Shown piece by piece: positions 36,223-48,400 of a DNA stretch of 64,000 nucleotides. Position numbers and translations under genes: made by a program. The stretch is taken from NCBI GenBank assembly GCA_014905635.1, contig JABVCE010000011.1, positions 434,001 through 498,000 on the forward strand. Reading direction: 5' to 3'. Numbering within the stretch: position 1 is the first letter of the stretch; each line of letters opens with the position of its first letter. The DNA comes from Scenedesmus sp. PABB004 (lineage: Eukaryota). The notes below the pieces were generated by a model. The model saw nothing but the letters and a program-made list of their open reading frames with translations, was not told the origin of the DNA and did not search any database.

Positions 36223-39200
36223 TCATCCGCTGCGCATGAGTGCCTCCATGAGGTTCTTGGCCGTGTTGCACTGCGCGTCGCTGCCGGCGAGCAGCACCTC
36301 GCGCGCGCCGCCGTCCAGCATGTGCTCCGAGAGCGTGATGACCGCGCCCGACAGCTGCGGCGGGGGAGGGAGGCGGGGCGGGGTGGGGCGCGGCGGCGGG
36401 CGGCGCGCGGCGGGCTCGCGGCGCCGCCCAGGGCCCGGGCCGCCAGCCGAGCGGCGCGCGGCCGGACGCGGCGGCGGCGGCGGCGGGCGCGCCGCGGCGG
36501 ACGCGGCGGGGGCCACGCACCGCCGACAGCTGCGCCGTCTGCTGCGGGTCGTCGAGGCGCAGCCGCACGACCTGGTCCTGCGTGAGCAGCACGCGCGCCT
36601 TGGGCACCGGCGGCGGCGCGACCGCGGCCGCGACGCTCGCGACCAGCCCCGCCAGGCCGCCGTAGCCGGAGCTGCTGCCCGGCCCTGACGCGCCCGGCTG
36701 CTGCAGCCCCGGGGCGCCGCCGGGCGCCGGCTGGCCGCCGGGGCGTAGATGTAGGCGACCTGCGGCTGGCCCTGCGCCTGCTGCAGCTGCGGCGGCGCCT
36801 GCAGCACCTGCTGCTGCTGCTGCAGCTGCTGCGGCGGCGCCTCGACGTACTGCTGCGGCTGCTGCGCGTAGACCACCATCGGCGCGCTGCCCGCCGGCGG
36901 CAGGCCCTGCTGCTGCACGACGTACTGCTGCTGCGGCGCCGCCATGCCCTGGCCCTGGCCAGCCGGCGCCTGCACGACGTACTGCTGCTGCGGCGCGCCG
37001 TACTCGCCAGGCGCCGGCGCGTAGCCGCTGTGCGGCTGGGCATAGACGACCTGCTGCTGCTGCGGCGGCGGGGCCTGCTGCATGTACTGCTGCTGCGGCG
37101 CGAGCGCCTGCTGGCCGCCCTGCTGCACGTACTGCGCGCCGGGGTCGCCGTACGCCTGCTGCTGCGGCGGGCCGCCCATGCCCGGCGGGCCCTGGTGCAG
37201 CATCTGCTGCTGCGGCGGCGGCGCGCCCTGCGGCGCCACGGGGCTGTCCGAGTCCCAGCGCGAGCGGCTGCGCTGCGGCGGCGGCGCGCCGCCCGGCGGC
37301 GGGCCGCCCAGCTGCTGGTGCGGGTGCGGCTGCAGGCGCGGGTCGGGGCCGGGCGGGCCGCCGTAGCCGCCCGGCGCGTGGCCGCCCGGCGGCGGGCCCA
37401 TGCCGCCGTGGCCGCCGTGGCCGCCGCCGTGGCCGCCCTGGGGCGGGGCCCGCGGCGTCGGCGGCGGCGCGCCCGTGGGCGGCGGGTAGTGGTAGATCAG
37501 CTGCCCGCGCGCCATGTTGCCGCGGATGGCCACCAGCGCGACGTGCGTCGCCAGCAGCGCCGCGTCGCGCGTGCCGCGGATCGTGAGCACCTGGCGCGCG
37601 CGCGGCAGCACGGGGCGCGCGCGTGAGCGCCGGGCGCGCGGGGGCGCGACGGCGCGGCGGAGGGCGGCGGGCGCGGGCGCACCTCCTGGCCCTGCTTCAC
37701 GCAGCGCGGGACGTCCGGGAAGGTGTAAATCTCAACCCCCGCGCCGGTCACGGCGCGCAGCTCCCTGCGAGGGCGCGGGCGCGCGGTCGGCCCGCGGCGG
37801 GGGCGCGCGGCGCGTCGGCCGCCGGCGGCCGCCCGTGCCGTGCCCGGACCGGGGCTCACTTGATGCTCGAGCCGCCCTTGCCCATGATCGCGCCGACCTG
37901 GCTGTGCGGCAGCACGATGCGCACGCTCGCGAGCGGCTCGCTCACGAGCTCGTCGTGCACCAGCTCCTGCGCGCGCGCGCGCGCGCCGGCGGCGCCGCGG
38001 CGACGGCGCGGGGCAAAGCGTGGGCAGACGGGGGACTCGGTGGCGGCAGGCGGGGCCGCGCGGCACACGCCGTGCGCCGCGCGCCGCGCGCCGTGCTTCC
38101 GCGGCGCGGCGCACCGTGATGCAGTCCATCGCCGCGTCAAACGCGGCGCAGCGCGGGTCGGCCACGTCCTCGGTCGACATGACCTGCAGCACGCGGTCGG
38201 TCGACCCCGGCTCCTCGTCAAACAGGTGCAGCCGCGCGCCGGTGCGGGCGCGGATGTCTTTGATCACGCGGCCGCCCGCGCCGAGCACGACGCCGCTGCG
38301 GCGCAGCGGGACGAGCACGCGGTACTCGGTCGTGGTGAGGCCGAGCAGGCCCTCGGTCTTGACGCTGTCGTTCGACGCGAGCACGCTGCGCGCGGACGGC
38401 GGCACCGCCATCGCCATCGCGTTGCCGCCCGGCGGCGGCCCGGGCCGGGGCCGGGGCCGGGCGGGCCGCCGCGGCCGGGCGGCGGGCCGGCGTCCCAGCC
38501 TGCGCGGCGCGGGGCGGCGAGCGCGGCGACGGTGGGCAGCGCGCGGCGGCGCGGCTATAGCCGGCGCCCCGGGGCGCGGCGGCGCCACGCGCGGGGGCCC
38601 CGTGCCCGCAACGCACCCGGCTCGCCGCCGCGGCTGCGCGGATCGTCGGGCCCACGGATGCGCTTGGGGTCGGGCCCCGGCCCGCGCGGGTCGTACGACC
38701 CGCCCGGCGCAATGCCGCCGCGCTCCATCGGCGGCGGGCCGTGCCCGTACGGGCCGCGGTCCATGCCAGGCCCCGGCATGCCGCCGCCGCCCATGGGCGG
38801 GCCGTTGCCGCCCATCATCGGCGGGCCGCCGACGCCCATCATCGGCGGGCCGCCGCCGCCAGCCATCACGGGCGGGCCGCCGCCGCCCATCATGGGCGGC
38901 CCGCCGGCCATGGGCGGGCCCGCGCCCGCGATGCCGCCGCCGCCAAAGCCCAGCACCTGGCGCAGGCGGTCGCTGACCATCGTGAGCGCGCCCATGGTCT
39001 GCTCGGGGCTGCCCACGATCTGCGGCGCGGCGGCGGGCGGCGCGGCGCGGCGGGGGGTCGAGCGCGGGCGCGCGTCGGAAGCGCGGCGCGGGCGCGGGCG
39101 CGGGCGCGGGCGCCGCGCCGCGGCGGCGCGCGCCGCGCCGCACCGTGAGCAGCTCGTCGCCGACGTCGGCCGGCGGCACGACGGGCGCGCCCGCGGTCGG

Positions 39201-40067
39201 CGCGGTGAGCTTGATGCTCGCGCCGCTCTTGGAGCGCAGCTCGGTGATCGCCGCGCCCTTCTTGCCCATGATGATGCCGATCTGGGGCTTGGCGAGCAGC
39301 AGGCGCAGCGTGCACTTGGGCGGCATGAGCATCGCGCCGCCGGGCCCCTCCTCGCCGACGATGCGCTCCGCGGTGCGCAGCAGCGCCTCCTGCACGCCCG
39401 CGACGGGCTTGCCGGCCCTGCGCCGGCGCGGCGGCGGGCGCGCCGGCGGCGGCGGCGGCGGCGGGGGCGGACGCGGCGCGTGAGCGCGCGCGCGCGCGGG
39501 TTGGCCGCGCCGCGCGGCGCGGCGCGCGGACGTCCTGCAAGCTGGCAGCGGCGCTCACTCGTCGAAGCCCTGCACGTGCACCAGGCGGTCCTCAAACGTG
39601 CCAAACGGCTTGTCCACGCCGACCTTGGCGCCGGTGGCGACCTTGGTGTTGTTGATGAAGTCTCCACCCTGCAGGCGGCCCGGCGGCGCGGGACGGCGGC
39701 GGTCGGCGCTGCTGCTGCGCCGCGGCGGCGCCGCAACAGGCGCTGCGCGCGGAGCCGCCGCCGGCGCCACCGCACCTTGCCGATCACGGAGCCCGCCTTG
39801 CGCAGCGGGACGAGCAGGCGGAAGTGGAGCAGGGGCGGGGGCGGGCCCCCTGCCCGCGGGAGGTCTGGCCGGCCACTCCACTCCTGTGTGGGCGCGCAGA
39901 GCGGCTCAGCGACGGCCCATCACGGCGGCCAGCGGCCCGGCCGTCGCCCCGGGCAGCGGGCGGACCTGTTCGTGGGCGGGGCGCTTCCCCAGCAGCCCGC
40001 CCTGGTCGTGATGAGGGCCCCCTGGCATCATCCCGCCCCCAGGCACGCCGCGCGGGTCCCAGGCCAT
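36223..40067 (-). CDS. KH-domain RNA-binding protein (HEN4/PCBP-like, four canonical KH plus one degenerate)
   Basis: GSVIGKGG, GIIMGKKG, GVVLGAGG and GAIMGKGG GxxG loops. The C-terminal KH-like unit lacks GxxG. Gly/Pro/Met and Gln/Tyr low-complexity linkers. Confidence 0.9.
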
Positions 40068-40506
40068 GGCGTCTGCGTGCTGCTGGTGCCACGTGCTCAG
40101 CGCATGATCGGGCGGGCACGCTGCACAACAGGAGGACCGCTGCGCCGCGGTGGCGAGCGGCGAGCGGCGGCGGCCCGGTGCTGCTGGCGGCCTGCCTAGC
40201 GCTCTCTCTGATTGGCGCCCGGAGTGGGTCTGGGGCTGGCGGCGGTCGGGGCAGGCCTTGACCACACGCGCCGTCACGACGGCGCCGTCGCGACAGCGCC
40301 GCGCTGCCTTGCAAGCGCGGCGGCGTGCGGCCGCCCCGCCACAGCCGCCCGCGGTGCTCAGGAGCGCTGGCACTGCACCGGCCAGCGCGAGCAGCAGCGG
40401 CAGCAGCAGCAGCAGCGGCGGCGCAGGCTGCACTGGGCGGGCCCGCCTGCCCTCCCAACGCACGCCACGCAGGCCGGGGCTAGGCCTGTCCGCCCGGCTC
40501 GGCGCC

Positions 40507-42324
40507 ATGGCGGCGCAGCAGCTGGGCGCGCCGGCGGCGGACGCGTGGCTCGCCGAGTACGCGGCGCTGGTGCCAGAGCTGGGCGCCCTGCAGCGGTGCG
40601 CGTGCGCTGGCCGGCCGGCGCGCGCGGCGACGGCTGCGGCGGCGCACGCGGCGCACGCGGCCGACGCGGCGGGCGCGCGCCGCGCAGGTCGCGGGCGCCC
40701 CCGCCGGCGCTGCGCGTGCTGCGGTCGAGCCAGCTCGACGCGGCGCGGCTCGACGCGGAGCTCGGCACGATGCTGCGCGAGCAGTTCATGGCAGCGTTCG
40801 CGCTCTTCCAGCCGGTGCGGCGCGGGCAGGGCAGGGCAGGGCAGGGCAATGCCTGGGCCGCGCGCCGCCGCCGACGCCCCAACGCGCGCGCCGCCGCGCA
40901 GGGCAGCGTGTCGAGCCTCGCGCCGGAGCTCAACCTGCTGCTGGCGTCGCTGGTGCGCAGTGGCGGCGGCGGCGCGCACGCGCACGGCCCCCGGCCGCGC
41001 CACGCCGCAGCGCGAGCCAGCGGCGGCACACGCGGCATGGCGACGCGCCGCGGCGCCGCCCGCGCGTGGCCCTAAACCTGAACCCTGCTCGCCAGGTGTA
41101 CTACCTGTCGGTCTGGCGCGGCCGCGCCACGCCCGGCAGCGAGCTCATGGGCCTGCGCTACCGCGACGAGCGCGCCATGGCGGCCGCTGCTGCTGCTGCT
41201 GCTGCTGCTGCCGCGGCGGCGGCGGGCGGCGACAGCGCTGCCGCTGCGGCGGCAGCGCCGCCCTGGGTGAGCGTGCGGGCGGGCGCGGCAGCGGCGGCAA
41301 TTCCGCCGCCCGGCCGCTTACGTGCGCCGCCGCCGCGCCGCCGCCGCAGCTGCACGGCGGCCGCAGTGGCATCGAGGGCCCCGGGCTCTCGCAGGCGCAG
41401 CGGCTGGGCTACGCGCTGCTGCTCGTCGCCGCGCCGTACGCGTGGGCGCGCGCGGGCCGGCTCGCCGCGTCGCGCGGCTGGGGCCCCGGCGCGGCGGACC
41501 GCGGCGGGCGCGCCGCGGCCGCGTGGCGGGCGCTGCGCTGGGTCGACGGCGCGCACAAGCTGGGCGTGCTGGTCAACCTCTGGGTCTTCCTGTGGGAGGG
41601 AAAGTACCGGTGCGCGGCGGCGGCGGGGCCGCTGCCGCCGCGGCGCGGGCACCGCGCGGGCGCCGCGCGGCGCAGCTGCACGGCGCAGCTGCACGGCGCA
41701 GCTGCACGGCGCAGCTGCACCGCGCGCGGCCGCGCGACGCCGGCGCCGCGCCGCGCCGCGCCGCCGCCGCGCAGGAGCCTGGCGGAGCGCGCGCTCGGCG
41801 CGCGGCTCGTGTACGGGCAGGCCCACATGTCGCGGCTCATCTCGTTTGAGTACCTCAACCGACAGCTCGTCTGGCAGGAGCTGTCCGAGTTCCTGCTCTT
41901 CCTGCTGCCCCTCATCGACGTGGGCCGCGTCAAGCGCGCCGTGCTGCGCCTGCTGCCGCGCGTGCCGCTCGGCGGCGGCGCCGCCGGCGGCGGCGAGGCC
42001 TACACGCGCGCGCCGCCACTCGCGGGCGCCGGCGCCAAGGGCGGCGCCGGCTCGGAGCCGGGGGCGGAGCAGCAGCAGGCGGCGGGCGGGGACGCGGGCG
42101 CGGCCGCCGGCGCCGGCCCCGCCGCGCCGCCGGGGCCGTGCCCCATCTGCGGCGCGGCCGAGGTGCTCGTGCCGTTTGCGGCGCACCCCTGCCGCCACGT
42201 CTTCTGCTACTACTGCCTCGCCGCGCACTGCGCCGCCGACGCGGGGTTTGCGTGCCCGCTCGACGGCGCGCGCGTGGACGCGATCGCACGCTACGCGCCC
42301 GCCGCCGCCGCCGCCGCCGACTGA
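40507..42324 (+). CDS. PEX2: Peroxin 2 (Pex2/Pex12 domain plus RING)
   Basis: QLDAARLDAEL, TPGSELMGLRY, GIEGPGLS, YRSLAERALGARL, ISFEYLNRQLVW, CPIC..PCRHVFCYYC. Confidence 0.93.
   Translation: MAAQQLGAPAADAWLAEYAALVPELGALQRCACAGRPARAATAAAAHAAHAADAAGARRAGRGRPRRRCACCGRASSTRRGSTRSSARCCASSSWQRSRSSSRCGAGRAGQGRAMPGPRAAADAPTRAPPRRAACRASRRSSTCCWRRWCAVAAAARTRTAPGRATPQREPAAAHAAWRRAAAPPARGPKPEPCSPGVLPVGLARPRHARQRAHGPALPRRARHGGRCCCCCCCCRGGGGRRQRCRCGGSAALGERAGGRGSGGNSAARPLTCAAAAPPPQLHGGRSGIEGPGLSQAQRLGYALLLVAAPYAWARAGRLAASRGWGPGAADRGGRAAAAWRALRWVDGAHKLGVLVNLWVFLWEGKYRCAAAAGPLPPRRGHRAGAARRSCTAQLHGAAARRSCTARGRATPAPRRAAPPPRRSLAERALGARLVYGQAHMSRLISFEYLNRQLVWQELSEFLLFLLPLIDVGRVKRAVLRLLPRVPLGGGAAGGGEAYTRAPPLAGAGAKGGAGSEPGAEQQQAAGGDAGAAAGAGPAAPPGPCPICGAAEVLVPFAAHPCRHVFCYYCLAAHCAADAGFACPLDGARVDAIARYAPAAAAAAD
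41671..41720. repeat. Intronic tandem repeat, 13-bp unit CGCAGCTGCACGG, about 4 copies
   Basis: Directly visible in a PEX2 intron. Confidence 0.85.
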
Positions 42325-42403
42325 GGCCGGCACGGCGGCTGAGCACGCTGGGCGCTGCGACACGCGCCAGGCGGGCCCCGGTAATTCCCTTGGTGGCGGC
42401 CCG

Positions 42404-42408
42404 TTACA
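42404..42408 (-). terminator. TGTAA polyadenylation signal for IFT172
   Basis: TTACA on the plus strand, about 17 nt past the IFT172 stop codon. Confidence 0.55.
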
Positions 42409-42424
42409 CACGCCGCCCGCGCGG

Positions 42425-45400
42425 TCAGTGCAGCGGGCTCGCGGGCGCGCCGGTGACGGGGTCGGCGCGCAGCGCGCCGACCCAGGCGTTCCAGTCGTCG
42501 CGCCGCGCGACGAGCCCGGCGCACGCGCGGCCCGGCGGCGCGACGGCTTCGCCGGGCGGCACCGGGTACCCGGTCACGACGCACGCCGGCCACGCCTCGC
42601 CGCAGGCGTGGCAGGCCAGGTTGGCCTCAAACGTGTCGACGGCGCAGCGCGCGCAGCGCCGCGTCGGCAGCGCCTGCGCGACGCGCGCGTCCATGGAGAC
42701 CTCCAGCACGTAGTTCCGCGCCTGCGGCGGGCACGCAGGGACCGGCGGCGATGCGGGGCGCGTGCTGTGTGTGCGGGCGCTGCATTGGTGGCCGCGCGCC
42801 GCGAGGCACGCGCTGTGCGCGCGGCGCACCTCCTCACGCGCGGCGTCGCCCGCGTAGGGCGCGCCCGGCAGCGGCGCGTCGAGCGGCAGCTCGGTGCCCG
42901 CAAAGTCGGCGCCCTCGAGCGCCGCCGGCGCGGCGGGGTCGTCGAGCGCGTCGGCGAGGTCGAGGAAGCGGTTGAGCAGCACCGACGCGGCGCTCGCCCC
43001 GCCCGCGGCGCGCCACGCGACACCCGCCTCGTAAAACGCGCTGGGGTTCAGGGGCGGGCGAGGCGGAGGTTGGTGTGCGGCGGCGGCGCGGCGCCTCGGG
43101 GCGCGCGGAGGCACGGCGCACACAGCGCGGCGCGCACCGGTCGGCGGGGATGATGCCGGCGTAGCGCAGCGCCGACGTGAGCTGCCGCGCCGCGAGGTGC
43201 AGCAGCCCCGCGGCGCGCGCGCGGTTGGCGAGCGCGGTGTAGTGCGCCGCCCAGCGCAGGCGCCCAAAATCGGCCGCGTCCTGCGCCGCGGCGGCGCCGG
43301 CGCGGCCCTCCAGCAGCGGCACCAGCCGCCACAGCAGCGCCCTGCGCGCGCGCGCGCGCGGCGCGGGCGGGCGCGGCGCGTTGGCCGCCGCGCGCTGCGC
43401 CAGCGCGCCCGCGGACGCGCGGCGGCGCGGCGAGCGGGCGCGCACCGCGTGTGCTCCTCGGCCGCCTCGCTGCGCTGCGCCTGGCTCGCGCCGAGCACCT
43501 CCAGCGCGACCTCGCGGCAGAGCTCCAGGCAGCCGGGGTCGGCGCTCACGCCGTGCGTCGCGAGCACCTCCGCCGCGGCCGGCCAGTCGCGCTGGCGCGC
43601 GAGCAGGCCGGCGTGGCGCACCGCGAGCGCCGCCGCCAGCTCCGGCCCCGCCTGCGCGGCCTGGCGGGTGCGGGCGGGCGGCGGGCGGCGTCAGCCCCCG
43701 GCTGGCGCGCGTGCGGGCGGGGCCAGCGGCTGCTGCGCAGCGTGCGCGACGCCGCGCACCAGCTTGTGCGCGCGGGCCCAGTTGCCCTGCGCCGCGAACA
43801 TCTCCACCGCCGCGCCCGCGTTGCCGCGCGCGGCGAGCTGCTCCGCGTCGTTGGCCGCGACCAGGGACGCCGTCTGTGCCTCCTCGACCGCCGCCAGCAG
43901 CTGCGGGTTGCCGCCCGCCGCCGCGCGCGCGCAGTCAAAGAGCCCGCCGCCGCACAGCGTGGCGATCGCGCCTGCCGCGGTCGGCGCGGCGGGGGCGCCG
44001 TCAGCGCAATCGCCAGCGCTCAAAGGCGCCTCTCACAGGCCCAGCGCCCGCCCCACCCCTGCGCGCCGGGGCCCACCGTGCACGTCGCCGGCGCCCTCCT
44101 GCAGCTCCGCCGCCGCGGCGACGCGGCCGATGCCGACCAGGCGCTGCGCGACGGCCGCGACAACCTCGGGCAGGCGGTGCCGCTGCTGCTGCATCACGAC
44201 GTTGGCGGCCTGCAGCGCGCGGGCGCGCGGCGGGTGGGCGCCGGGCGCCCTCGGGCCACAGGCGGCGCCGCCGGCCGGCCGCCCAGCGCACGCCGCGCGC
44301 GCGCGCGCTGCGCGCTGTGCCCGTGCCCGTGCCCCGACCTGCTCCCAGCAGCGCTGCAGCGCGTCGGGGTCGGCGCCGTCGCCGGGCGACGCGCTGAGGT
44401 AGGCCTCAATCGCGCGCGCGGCGTCGTGGCCCCGCTCAAACGCGCGGCCGCGCGCCAGCGCCGCCTCGGCGCCGCCGCCGCCCGCGGCCGGGGCGCTCGC
44501 CATCTCCAGGTGAATCTCCTGCGCGCGGCGCGGGGGCAGGCCGTTTGGTGGCGCAGCTCCCGCTCGCGCGCCAGTGCGCCGCGCTGCCGCCCCGAGCACC
44601 ACCAAACAGCCACCCAGCCCAGGGCCCCCCGGGGTCGGCGCGCCTGGAGCTTGCCAGGCAGGTAGGCCTGGGCGACACGCAGCGCGGCGTCCCAGTCCCC
44701 CGCAGCGCGGTACATCGCGAGCGCGCCCTCGGGGCGCTTCGCGCGCAGGTAGAGCGCCTCCGCCGCGCCGTGCTGCCCCGCCGCCGCCGCCGCCGACGCC
44801 TGCGGCGCGGCGCGCTGCGTTGCCCGCCGCGGGCGCGCCGGCGCTGCTCCCAGCTCGTGCCCCGCGCAGCGCTGTGGTCAGGTCATCAGCCCAAGGTCCG
44901 AGCCCCAGCCCCAGCCCCGGCCCGCGGCGGCGCACGCGCCTGGGCGCCAAAGATGTCCATGATCGCCGTCGGGTCGTAGCCCTCGGCCACGCGCAGCGCG
45001 GCGTCCCAGTCCTGGCAGTGGAGGTGCATGTCGATCGCCTCGCGCGGCTTGCCTGCCGGCGGCGGTGGGCGCAGCGTCAGCACGCAGCACGACGACTGCG
45101 CTGCGCGCGCCGTGCAGACATGACCGTGCCCGGCGCACCCGCGGCCACAAACTCGGCCTCCGCCTCGGCGAAGCGCCCCGCGTCCTCGAGCGCCATCGCG
45201 TAGCGCAGGTGCACGTCCGGCAGGCGCGCGCGCGCCGCGAGCTCGGCGAGCTGGAACGCGTGCGCCCACGCGCCCGCCTCGACCGCCGCGTCGACCGCGC
45301 CCTCGCCCAGCCCCAGGCGGCGCAGCAGCGCGGCGGCGTCGTCCTGGCTGAGGCTGATTGCCCACGCGTACGCGACCTGCGGCAGCATGGTGGCGCCACG

Positions 45401-48400
45401 GTGCAGGCCGGTCAGCCGGCCGAAAGCGCGGCGGCCCGCAGCCACGCACGCCCGCAACCCCCCCCCCCCCCCCCTGCTCGCCTGCTTGGTGGCGGCGAGG
45501 CCGCCGAAGACCTTGGCCACGCGCAGCGCGTCCTCCCACGCGCCCTGGCCGCGGTGCATCGCGACCGCGGCCTGCCAGTCCTTGGCCTCGCAGAAGTGGC
45601 GCTCCGCGTCGCGCCACGCGCCCTCGCCCTGCAGCGCCTGCGCGCGGCGGCAGTGGCTAGGGGTTGGCCAGAGGCCGCTCAGCCGCCCCGCGCCCGCCCG
45701 CAGCTGCGCCCAGCCGCGCCCGCCGCGCTGGCAGCCGGCCGCGCACCTGCGCGACGAGCACGTGCGCCGCCGCGAGCCCCTCGCGCCGGTGCGCGGCGAC
45801 GAGCTTGAGCATTGCCGGCCAGGCCCGTGCGCGGCGGTGCATCGCGATCGCCGCGTCGACCTCGCCGCCGGCGACGTACGCGCGCTCCGCGTCGGCCCAC
45901 GCGCGCGCCGCCTCGCACGCGCGCGCGCGGCGGGCGTAGAACGCGGCCAGCTCGCCCTCGGACAGGTAGCCGCGCGCGACCTTCTGCGCCGCCTCCCACG
46001 CGTCTGCGCGGCGCGGGCCGGGCCGGGCCGGATGAGCGCGCTTCAGCATGCCGGAGGGCCACACACCGAGCACGGGGGCGCACCGCGCCGCCGCACCCGC
46101 GCGCAGCCACATCTCCACCGCCTCCATCGGCGCGCCCGCGCGCAGCAGGAAGCGCTCCGCCTCCTCCCTGCACGCCGCGGCGGCGGCGGCGGCGGCGTGG
46201 GGCGGGCGTGCTGTGCGTGCTGTGCGTGCTGTGCGAGCGCGCAGCTCGGCGTCGCCACGGCCGCGCCTGTTGTTGGCCTCCTCGTGGTGCTGCGCGATGC
46301 GTCGGAAGAAGGGCGCCGCCTTGGCGGGCTCAAGGAAGTCAACGATGCCTGCAGGCGGGGCACGGGGCGGCGCGGCGGGAGCGGTGATGATGCGGGCCCG
46401 ACGCCTCGCGCGGCGCCGCCCACCAGCCAGGAGGGCGCGCGAGGGGGCGGCGCGGCGCGGCGCGGCGCGGCAGGAGCGCGGTCGCGCGTGCACCGCGTCG
46501 CACCCGCGGCCTTGCTGAACTGGCGCGCCGCGATGGCGGCATCGATCGCCTTCAGCGTCGCGCCCGCCTCAATGAAGTGGTTGATCGCCGCGTCCATCTG
46601 CGGCGCACGGCAGGGGCGGCAAGGCGAGACCCGGCCGCGTCACGCGCAGCGCTGGCAGCGGGCTGCAAGCGAGCAGCGCGCGCCAAGGGCCGGCCCCAGC
46701 CCCAGCGCCGGGCGCGCAGAACGAGGCGGCCGGGTGCCGCTGCCCAGGTGCCGCGCCTGCTTCTGGCCCGCGAGCCAGTCGCCCCACTCCTCCTCCAGCG
46801 TGATGACGCTCGCCGGCGCGGCGCTGCGCGCGAGCTCCACCGCCTTCCTGCGCGGCGTGGCGCGGCGCGCGGCGTGCGCGCGGCTCGCGCGGGCACCGCC
46901 GCACGGCCACGGAGCGCGCCGGCGACGAGCGCAGCGCGCAGCGTGGCGCGCCGGGAGCGTATGCGGCGGCGCCCCCACCTGAAGGCGTGGCCCTTGCGAT
47001 ACGCCGCCAGCGCGTCGGCGGGGCGGCCGAGGTGGTGCGCGAGGTCGCCGGCGCGCTCGTGCAGGCCCGCCCGCGCGAGCGCGGCGGCGATCGAGTCGAG
47101 CAGCGCGGCGTCGTACGAGCCGCCGTGCACGATGACCACCTGTTGTCATCGTCGGCGGCAGCGGCGGGAAGGTCGGTGGCGGCGGGGCTGGCAGAGGGTC
47201 CAGCTGGCTGGCAGCGCAGCACGCGGCTGGCGGGCGAGGACGGGGTGACACCCCGCAGAGCACCTGCGCCGCGCGCGCAGGGAGGCCGGCCTTGAGGTAG
47301 AGGGCGATCGCCGCCAGCAGCTCGCCGCACCGCTCCTTGACCGCGCCCGCGCGCTCCTCCTGCCCGCTCGACAGCAGCCACGACAGGTGCGCGGCGCGCA
47401 GCGCCTCGGTGCCCGGGTGCCGCGCGGTGTCGGAGACGCGGATGGCGTCGTCCCACCTGCGCGCGCGCGCATAGGGGAGTGGGGTCTCGGCCGGCGGGGC
47501 GCCGCGTCTCGGCCGAGGCACCGGCCCAGGCCCCCGGCCCCGGCCCCAGCGCACGCCCACGCGCCTGTGCGCGTCCTTGCACGCCGCGATCGCCTCGTCG
47601 ACCTGGCCCTGCGCCAGCAGCAGCGCCTCTGCCGCCGGCCAGCGCCCGCCGAGCAGCGTGAGCTGCGCGCGCACCGCCGTCGGCAGCGGCGCGCCCGGCG
47701 CGCCATCGGGCGCGGCGCGCCGCGCGGCCTTGACCAGCTGCGCGGCGGGGATGCGGGCGCGGGGGCGCGGGCGCGGGTGAGGGAAGGAGGGACCCTCGGG
47801 GCCGCAGCGGCGCAGGCCCTGAGCTCGGGGCAGGGCCGCGCCTTGTGCAGGTAGCGCGCGCGCGGCAGGTCGCCGAGCGCCGCGTAGCACCGCTCCGCCA
47901 CCGCGAGCGCCTCCTGCTCCAGCGCGACGCCCGCGAGCGCCGCCCACTGGGCCTCGGTCTCGGCGCTCAGCGGCAGCGGCTCAAGCGTGGCGAGCGCGCG
48001 CTGCAGGTCCTGCGCGCCGCGGCGCGGCGCAAGCCGCGCAGCGTGGGGCCGCGGCGGGGCATGCTGCCCGCCTGGTGCAGCCGCGGCGGCTGCGCGCTGT
48101 GCCGCGCCGCGCCGTGCCGTGCCCCGCAGCCCGCGCTCGCCGCACCAGGTCCTCGAGCGCGGCACCAAAGTCGATGAGCGCCTCGTCCAGGGGCACCGCG
48201 CACGTCGCGAGGCCCTCGTCCACGAGCACCACCGTGCGCCCCGGCGCGCGCTCGATGCCCTCGACGTCGCCCTTGATCGGGATCGTCGTCACCCTGCGCG
48301 CGCACGGCGCGCGCGCAGCACGCACAGCGCGCGCGGGCGTGGCCGGGGCAGGCGGGCGGGCGGGCCGTCTCGCAAGGGTGGTGCCCGGAGGGGCCGAGCA

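Noticed and set aside
41671..41720. Short repeats as a CRISPR array
   Set aside because: Tandem units without spacers, inside a eukaryotic intron, and no cas genes.
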